This document shows positions 10,230 to 18,926 of a stretch of 62,544 nucleotides of DNA, one piece after another. The stretch's first letter is position 1, and each line of letters opens with the position of its first letter. Position numbers and translations under genes: made by a program. Source of the stretch: Thermoanaerobaculia bacterium (lineage in GTDB: Bacteria > Acidobacteriota > Thermoanaerobaculia > Multivoradales > UBA5704); contig JBGAGQ010000035.1 of assembly GCA_044226625.1 (NCBI GenBank), forward strand, positions 1 through 62,544. Direction: 5' to 3'. The notes below the pieces were generated by a model that saw only the letters and a program-made list of their open reading frames with translations, was not told the origin of the DNA and made no database searches.

Positions 10230-11843
10230 ATGAAACGTCCCTACAAGATCGCCGCGGCTCTCGCCTTCCTCGTCACCCTGGTTGCCGGCGGGTTCTGGGG
10301 CGACCGATTGCTCGCGCTCTCCGACGAGGCGCGCGACGGGCTCCGTCTTTATTCCGAGCTCGTGACCCTCGCGCACGACCGCTACGGCGCCGACATCACC
10401 TACAAGGACCTGGTCTTCTCCTCGGTCGAGGGGATGCTGCGGACGCTCGACCCGCACACGAACTTCCTGCCGCCGGACGCCTACACGGGCATGCGGGAAA
10501 AGCAGCAGGCGAGCTTCTACGGGTTGGGAATCCTGGTCGGCTCGCGCAACAGCCAGCTCACGGTGATCTCGCCGATCGAAGGGACGCCGGCCTCCCGCTT
10601 GGGCGTCCAGGCGGGCGACGTGATCTCGACGATCGAAGGGGAGCCGACCTCGAAGATGACCGTCGACGAGGCGGTCTCCAAGCTCAAGGGTCCGAAAGGG
10701 ACGCAGGTCAAGATCACGCTGGTCCGGCGTGGCCTGCCCGATCCCCTCGAGATGTCGATCACCCGCGCCGAGATTCCCCAGACCACCGTTCGGCAGGCCT
10801 ACATGCTCACGCCGGAGACCGGATACATCCAGGTGAGCGAGTTCTCGCGCTCGACCGGCAAGGAAATCGCCGACGCGATCCAGAAGCTTCAGGGCCAAGG
10901 GATGAAGCAGCTGCTCGTCGACCTGCGTAACAACGGGGGCGGCCTGCTCGACCAGGCGATCGAAGCGGCCGAACAGTTCGTGCCCGAGGGGGCCTCGATC
11001 GTCGAGACCCGCGGCCGGACGCCCGATTCGTTCCAGACCTACGAGGCGAGCGGCCGCTACTCCGCGCTCGGCAAGCCGGTCGTCGTGCTGGTCAACGAGG
11101 GGACCGCCTCGGCCTCCGAGATTCTGTCCGGCGCGATCCAGGACCACGACGTCGGCCTGGTGGTCGGGACTCAGAGCTGGGGCAAGGGCCTCGTTCAGAC
11201 GGTGTACGGCATCGCCAACGGCGCCGGCCTGGCGCTCACCACGGCGAAGTACTACACGCCGTCCGGGCGATTGATCCAGCGCGACTACACCTCGTACTAC
11301 GACTACTACGCCCATGCCGAACCGCCGGCGCCCGGCGACCCGGTCCCCCCGGGGGGCAAACCGCGCGAGGTCTTCAAGACCGACCTGGGCCGCGAGGTCT
11401 ACAGCGAGGGGGGCATCACCCCCGACGTGGTCGTCGAACCCGACAAGCTCGGGGCGTTCGAGCAGTTCCTGCTCGCCCGCAACGCGTACGTGAACTTCGC
11501 GCTCGACTACCACCTGCGCCACAAGGCGACCTCGATCGACTGGCAGCCGAGCGAGGACGTGGTCGAGCCGTTCCGCCGCTGGCTGGTCGAGGAGAAAGTC
11601 GCCTCGGAGAAGGAAGTCGCCGAGGGGATCGTGAGCCCCGAGGCGATCGATTTCGCCCGGCTGCAGATCCGCGCCGAGGTCTTGAACATCGACTTCGGCC
11701 AGGAGGCCCGCTCGCGGGCGCTGGCGCGCGCCGACCGGCAGATCGCGACCGCCCTCGCCCAGTTCCCGAAGGCGGCCACCCTGCTCGCCCAGCGTCGCAC
11801 CCTGGCCGACAAGGAGAAGCACGCGGTCGCCTCGAAGCTCTAA
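10230..11843 (+). CDS. S41-family carboxy-terminal processing protease (CtpA-like) with PDZ domain
   Basis: LDPHT, GLGI PDZ, DLRNNGGG, TASASEI, WGKG, TTAKYYTPSGR, GITPD. Confidence 0.93.
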   Translation: MKRPYKIAAALAFLVTLVAGGFWGDRLLALSDEARDGLRLYSELVTLAHDRYGADITYKDLVFSSVEGMLRTLDPHTNFLPPDAYTGMREKQQASFYGLGILVGSRNSQLTVISPIEGTPASRLGVQAGDVISTIEGEPTSKMTVDEAVSKLKGPKGTQVKITLVRRGLPDPLEMSITRAEIPQTTVRQAYMLTPETGYIQVSEFSRSTGKEIADAIQKLQGQGMKQLLVDLRNNGGGLLDQAIEAAEQFVPEGASIVETRGRTPDSFQTYEASGRYSALGKPVVVLVNEGTASASEILSGAIQDHDVGLVVGTQSWGKGLVQTVYGIANGAGLALTTAKYYTPSGRLIQRDYTSYYDYYAHAEPPAPGDPVPPGGKPREVFKTDLGREVYSEGGITPDVVVEPDKLGAFEQFLLARNAYVNFALDYHLRHKATSIDWQPSEDVVEPFRRWLVEEKVASEKEVAEGIVSPEAIDFARLQIRAEVLNIDFGQEARSRALARADRQIATALAQFPKAATLLAQRRTLADKEKHAVASKL

Positions 11844-11903
11844 GCCGCGGCTCCGCGCCCGAGATCCGGATCGGCGGTTTAAGGCGGTAAGATCGGCGCC
11901 CCC

Positions 11904-12968
11904 ATGAGCTTCGAGATCAGCGAGGAGACTCGCCGGGGCTACGCCGCCCTCGGCGAGATGGTGCGCGCCTCCAGCGGGGCGGGGCGCTGGCTCGTGCTCA
12001 CCCACGACAACCCCGACCCCGACGCTCTGGCTTCGGCGCTGCTGCTATCCCGCCTGCTGCGCATCCAGTTCAAACAGAAGGTGACCGCCGCTTATGGCGG
12101 CCTCGTCGGCCGTGCCGAAAACCGCGAGATGGTGCGCGCGTTGAAACTGCGCTTCAGCCACATCCGCCATCTCAATTTCAGGCACTACGCGCACTTCGCG
12201 CTGGTCGACACCCAGCCTCGCACCGGCAACAACCAGCTGCCGCGCGGCATCCAGCCGTCGATCGTGATCGACCACCACCCGATCCGCAAGGCGACCGAAG
12301 GGGTGCCGTTCTACGACGTGCGTCCGAGCCATGGCGCCACCGCGACGATCCTCGCCGAATACCTGATGGCGGCGGGTCTGCGCACGCCTCATGCGCTGTC
12401 GACTGCGCTGGTCTACGCGATCCGCTCCGAGACGCAAGATTTCGCCCGCGAGTTCGTCGGCCACGACAAGGCGATCTTCGATCACTACTTCCCGCTCGCC
12501 GACCATCGCCTGCTCGCCAAGATCCAGACTCCGCGCCTGCCGCTCTCGTACTTCGGCAATCTTCACGAGGCGCTCGAAAAGCTCGAGTGCGTCGACTCAC
12601 TGATCGTTTCGCATCTCGGCCAGGTGGAGCAGCCCGACATCGTTCCCGAGCTCGCCGACCTGCTGCTCCGCATGGAAGGTAAGACCTGGTCGCTCGCGAC
12701 CGGCCTGTTCGGCGATCGGATCTACCTCTCGATCCGCACTACGAATCCGCGCGCGGACGCCGGCACCTTGATGCGACGGCTGATCGGCCGCCGCGGCAAG
12801 GGAGGCGGCCACGGCCGCACCGCGGGCGGCTGGCTGGATGCGAGCAAGCTCGACGGCGAGGAGCGGATCCGCGCCCAGCGCGACCTCGCCAGCGGCCTCG
12901 CCCGCGAGCTCAAGAAGAACCCGGACAAGATCTCCCGGCTCGCCCTGCGCCCCGCGGGTTCCGCCTGA
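11904..12968 (+). CDS. DHH/DHHA1 phosphoesterase
   Basis: HDNPDPDA, VDT, IDHH, GGGH..AGG. Confidence 0.9.
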   Translation: MSFEISEETRRGYAALGEMVRASSGAGRWLVLTHDNPDPDALASALLLSRLLRIQFKQKVTAAYGGLVGRAENREMVRALKLRFSHIRHLNFRHYAHFALVDTQPRTGNNQLPRGIQPSIVIDHHPIRKATEGVPFYDVRPSHGATATILAEYLMAAGLRTPHALSTALVYAIRSETQDFAREFVGHDKAIFDHYFPLADHRLLAKIQTPRLPLSYFGNLHEALEKLECVDSLIVSHLGQVEQPDIVPELADLLLRMEGKTWSLATGLFGDRIYLSIRTTNPRADAGTLMRRLIGRRGKGGGHGRTAGGWLDASKLDGEERIRAQRDLASGLARELKKNPDKISRLALRPAGSA

Positions 12969-13091
12969 CGTTTTCGACCCGCGGGAAGCAGCCGGTCCGC
13001 GGCGACGAAACCGCAGGAACGGTCTCCCTTGCGGGTTTCAACGCGCGACGCGGGGCTTCCGCCCCGCTCGCCGATTCGAGGAGGGTCGCAC

Positions 13092-13652
13092 ATCAAACGT
13101 TGGTTCGCCGTTCTTACCCTCGCCGCTCTAATCTTGGGGCCCGCGGCCCCGAGCGCGGAAGCGGCTCGCGTCCGAGTCGTTCACCGCGGTCCCCGTGCGC
13201 GGGTCACGATCCGCACCGGTTTCCCGATTCGCCGCACGCTGCCGACCGTCGTGGTCCGGGCGCCTCGCATCACCGTCCGGGTGACGCCGCGGATCTTCCT
13301 TCCGGCGGTGGTCTTCGGCGCTACGGTCGCCGCGATCGCCGCCACAGAATCCCGCGTCTGGCACGAAGAGGAAACCCTCTCGCGCGCCGACGGCTGGACC
13401 GACTTCTCCTTGAACGTCGACGCGCGGGGCACCCGCCTCCTGCTCGACATCACCGGAGGATCGGCCCAGATCAGCTTCGCCGAGGTCGTCTTCGAAAACG
13501 GCGAGGCGCAGGTCGTCGACTTCAACGAACGCACCCACAAGCTCGGCACCTACGGGCTGCTCGACTTCAAGGACGGAAGGAAGGTAGACCACGTCCGCAT
13601 CGTCGCCAAGGCGAGCGGCGCCTCGACCACGATCGGGCTCCATCTCCTCTAG
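13092..13652 (+). CDS. Secreted hypothetical beta-rich protein (apparent ATC start)
   Basis: GAGGAGG SD 7 nt before ATC-AAA-CGT-TGG, followed by a classical signal peptide (KRWFAVLTLAALILGPAAPSAEA); coding-like GC3 bias. Confidence 0.65.
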   Translation: MKRWFAVLTLAALILGPAAPSAEAARVRVVHRGPRARVTIRTGFPIRRTLPTVVVRAPRITVRVTPRIFLPAVVFGATVAAIAATESRVWHEEETLSRADGWTDFSLNVDARGTRLLLDITGGSAQISFAEVVFENGEAQVVDFNERTHKLGTYGLLDFKDGRKVDHVRIVAKASGASTTIGLHLL

Positions 13653-13671
13653 CTTGCGCCTCAGGCCGCAA

Positions 13672-13700
13672 TTGACGGCCCCCGCGCAACTTCTTACGAT
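13672..13700 (+). promoter_or_regulatory. Sigma70-type promoter for the 104-aa ORF
   Basis: TTGACG-N17-TACGAT. Confidence 0.7.
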
Positions 13701-13735
13701 CGGAACCCTAACGATCCCAGGAAGGAGCGCACCCG

Positions 13736-14050
13736 ATGGGACTGATCAAAGATTGGATCCAAGAGATGGGCAGCACCTGGAGTGGGATGGCCCAAGGAGA
13801 CGCGAGCTCCTTCCTGGGCCTCCCCTCCACGGGAAGTTCGAACACCGGACACCAAGGCGGCTCGGCCGGCACCGGACATTCGAACACGGGACGCCAAGGC
13901 GGCGCGATCGGCACCGGATCCTCTGGCACCGGGCATACGGCCCTCACCCCGCACCAGCGGAAGATGCTCCTCCAGCTCTTCCACCAGCAGTACGGCCGCT
14001 ACCCGCTCACCGAGTTCGAATACGACCAGTGGCTCGAGGCGAATTGGTGA
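13736..14050 (+). CDS. Small Gly/Ser/Thr/His-rich repeat protein (104 aa)
   Basis: Own promoter, SD GAAGGAG, 14-aa repeat SNTGHQGGSAGTGH/SNTGRQGGAIGTGS. Confidence 0.7.
   Translation: MGLIKDWIQEMGSTWSGMAQGDASSFLGLPSTGSSNTGHQGGSAGTGHSNTGRQGGAIGTGSSGTGHTALTPHQRKMLLQLFHQQYGRYPLTEFEYDQWLEANW
13838..13936 (+). repeat. Imperfect 42-bp tandem repeat inside the small ORF
   Basis: tcgaacaccggacaccaaggcggc / tcgaacacgggacgccaaggcggc, then a partial third ggcaccgg unit. Confidence 0.75.
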
Positions 14051-14080
14051 ACGGACTCCCGAAGCGATCGCGTCCGACGC

Positions 14081-14677
14081 CTATTCGGTCCGCCACAACG
14101 CGAGCAGGAACACCGCCAGCATCCAGCCCAGCAGCGTGAGCGCCCCCTGGACCCGCCAGATCCTCTCTTGCGCGACGATCGCATCCTCCATCGCGCTCGT
14201 CGGTTGGTCGCCGCGGAGCCGCTCGATGGCGTTCGAATAGTCCTTGAGCAGCAGGAACGAGAAGGCGCAGGCTGAAATCGCCGCGATGAACGAGATCAGA
14301 AATCGATTGCCGAGCTTCGTGCTCACGGCGTCGGCGTAGAGGTAGGCGTAGAGCCCCACTCCCACCAAGCCGAGGAACGCGAAACCGGACGAGACGGCGA
14401 TGATCCGCACCCAGGAACGGGTGTTCTCGAGCGACTCGACCATCGTCTCGGTGATCTGACCGAACGGCGCTTTGGGCGGTTTGGACGGCGCCGTCACCCT
14501 CGAATCGTCGAGCGAGGGAAGGGGAGCGACCGCGGGAACGGCACCGACCGTCGGGACGGGTCCGGTTCCCGGGCCCGTCCCTGGCGGACGGCTCCGAGCC
14601 TTGGACACCAGGACGCCGCAACGAGGGCACTCGGAGGCACCCGGCGCGATCTCGGCACCGCACTTGACGCAGCTCAT
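14081..14677 (-). CDS. Zinc-ribbon membrane protein
   Basis: MSCVKCG...ECPRCG, Pro-rich linker, three C-terminal TM segments. Confidence 0.7.
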   Translation of the reverse strand: MSCVKCGAEIAPGASECPRCGVLVSKARSRPPGTGPGTGPVPTVGAVPAVAPLPSLDDSRVTAPSKPPKAPFGQITETMVESLENTRSWVRIIAVSSGFAFLGLVGVGLYAYLYADAVSTKLGNRFLISFIAAISACAFSFLLLKDYSNAIERLRGDQPTSAMEDAIVAQERIWRVQGALTLLGWMLAVFLLALWRTE

Positions 14678-14810
14678 GGGGATGGCGGGGATTGTCCGCC
14701 GCATCCGGAAATCCGTCAAGGGGCGGAACTCCCGAATCGCTCGCCCCGAAACGTCCCGTTCCGGCACTCCTTCAAAGAGAGGTCCAACGAATGAGAAGGA
14801 GCCATCGTCC

Positions 14811-16442
14811 ATGCGCCGCACGCTTCTACCGGTAGCCGCCGCCCTCCTGTTTCTCGCCCTCCCCTCCCTGGCGCTTCCAGCCGCCGACACCGTCCTCTAC
14901 CACGGAAAAATCTTCACCTCCGATCCCGCGCGTCCGTGGGCTCAAGCGGTCGCGATCCGCGGCGCGCGGTTCGTCGCGGTGGGCGACGACGCGCCGGTCC
15001 GCGCGCTCGCCGGTCCACATGCGCGGTCGATCGACCTCGGCGGCCGGACGGTCATCCCGGGTCTGAACGATGCCCACGTCCACCTGGGGGTCGGATTTCC
15101 GCGCCTCACGCTGCCACCGATCGACATTCCGGGCCCCGGGCCGACGCTCGCCCAGGCGGTCGATCAGGTGGCACGGGCGGCGGCGGTCGCCCTGCCGGGC
15201 GAATGGATCCTCGCGATCGTCGGCGAACGGCTGATCCTCGATCCAGCGGCCACCCGCCTGGCGCTCGATCCGGTCGCGCCCAACAACCCGGTCCTGCTCC
15301 TCACCTGGTCCTCCCACAGCGGGGTGATCAACGGCGCGGCAATGGCGGCGGCCGGGATCGCGCCGAACGCCGCCGATCCGTTCGGCGGCTCGTACGGCCG
15401 CTTTCCCGACGGAACGGTCAACGGCGTGGTCAACGAATACGCCCTTTTCCGCGTCATCTCGGCGGCCCGCGCGAGCGTTCCGGACGAGGTCCTCCGCGCC
15501 CAGTTCGAGGCGCTCACCGGCGCCTCCGCGCAGATGGGGGTGACGTCGCTTCAGGAGATGACGATCGGCGTGAGCCGCGAGCGGAGCGTTCGCGTCCTCT
15601 CCGGGGCGAACCTCGCGGTCCGCCTGCGCTCGATGTGCGTGCCGCTGTCCGGCGACGAGCCCTGCCGCGCGCCGCGTTTCGATCCCTCCGATCGCCTCAC
15701 CTGGTCGGGGATCAAATGGCTGCTCGACGGCACGCCGATCGAGCGCAGCGCCTACCTACGCGAGCCGTACGCCGACTTTCCCGGCATCGGCCACTTCAAC
15801 CTGACGCCGGCCCAGCTCGACCACGCGATCCGCCGAAGCCTCTTCGGGCTCCCGGTCCGGGATCAGCTGCTCTGCCATACCGTGGGCGACCGAGGCCTCG
15901 ACAACCTCCTCGGCGCGCTCGAGCGGGCGGCGCCGCCGTTCGTCTGGCGTCTGCTTCGCCCGCGCATCGAGCACGGGGACTTCCTCCATCCCGAACAGAT
16001 CGAGCAGGCGCGGAACCTCGGCGCGATCGTGGTCCAGAATCCGACCCACCTCGCGGTCGATTTCTCGCCGGCGATCGGCGCCGCCCGCGCGGCCGAGCTC
16101 CAGCCGCTCGAGACGCTCCTCGACTCCGGCATCCAGCTCGCGCTGGGCTCGGACGGCAGCTTGCCGAGCCCGTTCCTCGACCTCTTCCTCGCCACGCTCC
16201 ACCCGTTCCATCCGGCCGAGGCGCTGACCATGGAACAGGCCGTCACCGCGTACACCCGGGGCTCGGCGGCCGCCGAATTCCAGGAATGGCAGAAGGGATC
16301 GATCCGCCCCGGCTATCTGGCGGACCTCGCGGTGCTTTCGCAGGACATTTTCACCGCGCCGCCGCCCGCCGTGCCCGGCACGACGAGCCTGCTCACCCTG
16401 GTGGGCGGCGAGGTCGCCTGGGACGCCGGAGATCTCCCCTGA
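14811..16442 (+). CDS. Secreted amidohydrolase (YtcJ-like, amidohydrolase 3)
   Basis: SD GAAGGAG, signal peptide, DLGGRTVIPGLNDAHVH, HTVGD, RIEH, LGSD, GSI.PG.LADL. Confidence 0.88.
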   Translation: MRRTLLPVAAALLFLALPSLALPAADTVLYHGKIFTSDPARPWAQAVAIRGARFVAVGDDAPVRALAGPHARSIDLGGRTVIPGLNDAHVHLGVGFPRLTLPPIDIPGPGPTLAQAVDQVARAAAVALPGEWILAIVGERLILDPAATRLALDPVAPNNPVLLLTWSSHSGVINGAAMAAAGIAPNAADPFGGSYGRFPDGTVNGVVNEYALFRVISAARASVPDEVLRAQFEALTGASAQMGVTSLQEMTIGVSRERSVRVLSGANLAVRLRSMCVPLSGDEPCRAPRFDPSDRLTWSGIKWLLDGTPIERSAYLREPYADFPGIGHFNLTPAQLDHAIRRSLFGLPVRDQLLCHTVGDRGLDNLLGALERAAPPFVWRLLRPRIEHGDFLHPEQIEQARNLGAIVVQNPTHLAVDFSPAIGAARAAELQPLETLLDSGIQLALGSDGSLPSPFLDLFLATLHPFHPAEALTMEQAVTAYTRGSAAAEFQEWQKGSIRPGYLADLAVLSQDIFTAPPPAVPGTTSLLTLVGGEVAWDAGDLP

Positions 16443-16491
16443 CGACGAGAGGGCATCGTCCTTCGGCCCTCAAACCGGCGCAGCCCGGGGC

Positions 16492-17193
16492 TCAATCCGG
16501 TAGGACGATCTCCGTCCTCCGGTTGAGCGCCCGGGCTTCCGGGCTCGTGTTCGGCGCGACCGGATAGTCCGCGGCAAACCCCTGGGACTTGAGGCGTCCC
16601 ACCGCGACGCCGTGCTCGGCGAGGAAGCGGCTCACCGCCTCGGCCCGGCGTAGCGACAGGACGCGGTTGTGGTCCTCCTCGCCGGTCGAGTCGGTATGGC
16701 CGCAGACGAAGACCTCGATGCCGGAAAACGCGGTCGCGAGCAGCTCGGCCTGACGGGTGAGCAGCGCCTCGAAGGTCGGCTTGATCTCGTAGCGGTCGAC
16801 CTCGAACGTCGTCGCGTCGCTGTAGTCGAAGACGATCACCCGCGTGAGTCCGAGCGCCTTGGCGAGCGGCGAAGGCTCCGAGCCGGTGCGGATCATGACC
16901 TCGACCCGGTCCGGGCCGACCACGCGAAAGCGACGCTCCGTGGTCTTCGGCTCGGACCGTACCGCCTCGAACTGCGAGACGTCGGCCAGGCTCGCGATCG
17001 GTAGGCGGAAGGGCGTCTGCCCCGCCGGCTTGCCGCGAAAGGAGACGGCGAGGCCCGGAGGCTCGGAGGCCACCTCGGCCACCAACCCTCCCGGCCGGCC
17101 CGAGCGCGCCCCGCCGCTCGCGCATCCGGCGAGGGCACAGCCGGCCACCGCGAGGGCGACGACGAAAGAGAACCTGGCGACGCGATCGGTCAT
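16492..17193 (-). CDS. OmpA-family lipoprotein with PEGA-like domain
   Basis: Lipobox LAGC, SEPPG...GQTP, GHTDSTG..HNRVLSLRRAEAV, NRRTEI; ATG overlaps kinase stop. Confidence 0.85.
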   Translation of the reverse strand: MTDRVARFSFVVALAVAGCALAGCASGGARSGRPGGLVAEVASEPPGLAVSFRGKPAGQTPFRLPIASLADVSQFEAVRSEPKTTERRFRVVGPDRVEVMIRTGSEPSPLAKALGLTRVIVFDYSDATTFEVDRYEIKPTFEALLTRQAELLATAFSGIEVFVCGHTDSTGEEDHNRVLSLRRAEAVSRFLAEHGVAVGRLKSQGFAADYPVAPNTSPEARALNRRTEIVLPD

Positions 17194-18890
17194 TGGACCC
17201 CTCCGAGCTGAACGGAGATCGTAACGCCCGCGGACGTCGGACGTCCCTCGGCGTCCAGGGCCGGGTCGAAGCGATAGCGGAGCGCCGCCTCCTCGACCGG
17301 CGTGCGGCATTCGGCCGGGCTCGTACCGAGGGGACGGACGGCGGTCGGCCGGCCGTCTTCGCCGACCTGGATCGAAACGATCACCGAGGTACCGGCGCAA
17401 CGCGCCGCCGATTCGCCCGCGAGCGCCGGCTCGCTCCGCTCGACCAATCGCGGCGGCCGGACCGCGCGGCGCGGCGGTGCCGGCGAGGCGGGAGCCGGGC
17501 TCGGTGCGGCGGCCGGCCGCGCGGAAGCCGAGGCGCCCAGGGAGGCCGAAGCCATCGGCCCGTCCCGCGGAACCGAACGGCTCCCCTGTCCATCGGCGGG
17601 CTCCGCTTGCACCGAGCCGGACGACGACCGGCCGGCGGCTTCGGCGGGAACCTCCGAGGAAGGCGACGACGAGGGCGAGGAGAGACGCTCGCTCGAAGCG
17701 GCGTCTGGCGCGGGAGCGGCGGCCGGCACCGAAGGCGTCGCGGCCGGGATGACTCCCGACGTTGCGGCAGGCCTCGAGCTCGACGCGGGGGCCGGCGAGC
17801 CGGACGACGACGATCCCGCGAAATAGAGCCATACGCCGACGGCGCCCAGGGCGACGGCGCTCGCGGCCGCGGCCGCCCACCGGAGCCAGACTGGAGCGGG
17901 ACGCGGCGCCGCGTCATGGGTCCCGCCTTGAATGCCGAGCTCCGCGGTCGGTGCGCTCGGCGTCGGCGCGATCGGGCCTCCGGTCGACGGCCCTTCCGGC
18001 TCGAGCGGGACGGCCGATCCGGCCGGCGCCGCGAGCTCGAGCGGCGGCGGATCCCGCTCGTCGCCGAGGAACGCGACGAGATGCCGAAGCAGCTCGCGCG
18101 CCGAGGAGAATCGTTCCTCGCGGTCGCGCGCGAGGGTCTTCATCAGGATCGCCTCGAGCTCCGGATCGACCTCCGGCGCGAAGCTCGACAGGCGCGGCGC
18201 GTCGTCCCGCAGCCGGAGCAGGAGAAGCTGGACCGGCTCCTGCGTATCCCACGGAGAACGGCCGGCGAGCATCTGGTAGAGCACGAGGCCGAGCGAATAG
18301 AGGTCGGCCCGGCCATCGAGCGCCCTGCCCTCGGCCTGTTCGGGCGCCATGTAGGCGGGAGTGCCGAGGACACTGCCGGTCATCGTCTTCAAGTGGCTGT
18401 CGTCCGCCTTGGCGATGCCGAAATCCATCAGATAGGGGCGACCTTCGCGGTTCAGGATGACGTTGCTCGGCTTGAGGTCGCGATGGACGATCCCCCGCTG
18501 GTGGCTCGCGTCGAGGGCGCCGAGCAACGGGATCGCGATGCGCACGGCGGATGCCGAATCGAACCGTTTGCGCGCCGACATCTCGTCGCGCAGCATCGGC
18601 CCTTCGATGTACTTCATCGAGTACCAGAGGACCCCTTCGACCTCGCCGTACTCGTAGATCGGAACGATGTTGGGATGGTCGAGCGAGGCGACCATGGTCG
18701 CCTCGGCGACGAAGCGCGCGACCGAGTCGGACGAGAAGGTGTCGGCGAGGATCTTGAGCGCCTCGCGCCGCCGCAGCCTCACGTTCTGGACGAGATAGAC
18801 CGAGGCGAACGCCCCGCGTCCCAGGAACGCCTGGAACTCGTAGCGGTCGCCCAAGACCCGCCGGAAGTGCCGGAGTTGGTAGCTTTCCAA
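17190..18890 (-). CDS. Membrane-anchored Ser/Thr protein kinase with C-terminal TonB-C-like domain
   Basis: GRGAFASV, ALK, HRDLKPSN, DFG, GTPAYMAPE; TM; Ser/Pro linker; VIVSIQVGEDGR...AALRYRFDPA...GRP. Confidence 0.9.
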   Translation of the reverse strand: MESYQLRHFRRVLGDRYEFQAFLGRGAFASVYLVQNVRLRRREALKILADTFSSDSVARFVAEATMVASLDHPNIVPIYEYGEVEGVLWYSMKYIEGPMLRDEMSARKRFDSASAVRIAIPLLGALDASHQRGIVHRDLKPSNVILNREGRPYLMDFGIAKADDSHLKTMTGSVLGTPAYMAPEQAEGRALDGRADLYSLGLVLYQMLAGRSPWDTQEPVQLLLLRLRDDAPRLSSFAPEVDPELEAILMKTLARDREERFSSARELLRHLVAFLGDERDPPPLELAAPAGSAVPLEPEGPSTGGPIAPTPSAPTAELGIQGGTHDAAPRPAPVWLRWAAAAASAVALGAVGVWLYFAGSSSSGSPAPASSSRPAATSGVIPAATPSVPAAAPAPDAASSERLSSPSSSPSSEVPAEAAGRSSSGSVQAEPADGQGSRSVPRDGPMASASLGASASARPAAAPSPAPASPAPPRRAVRPPRLVERSEPALAGESAARCAGTSVIVSIQVGEDGRPTAVRPLGTSPAECRTPVEEAALRYRFDPALDAEGRPTSAGVTISVQLGGVQ

Positions 18891-18926
18891 GATCTCCAGT
18901 TTATGCGCTTTCGATCCTCGCGCCCC

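Noticed and set aside
7671-12005. 1444-aa ORF as a giant PhoH fusion
   Set aside because: Only the last ~331 codons are PhoH; the rest is off-frame or antisense to tatC, tatA/B and the S41 protease, a stop-poor high-GC artefact
12975-13045. SRP RNA-like GGAAGCAGCC and nearby hairpin
   Set aside because: Lacks the CAGG-stem-GGAA tetraloop of SRP domain IV; more likely a simple intergenic hairpin
13838-13936. CRISPR-like repeat array
   Set aside because: Only about two imperfect in-frame repeats inside an ORF, no unique spacers and no cas genes
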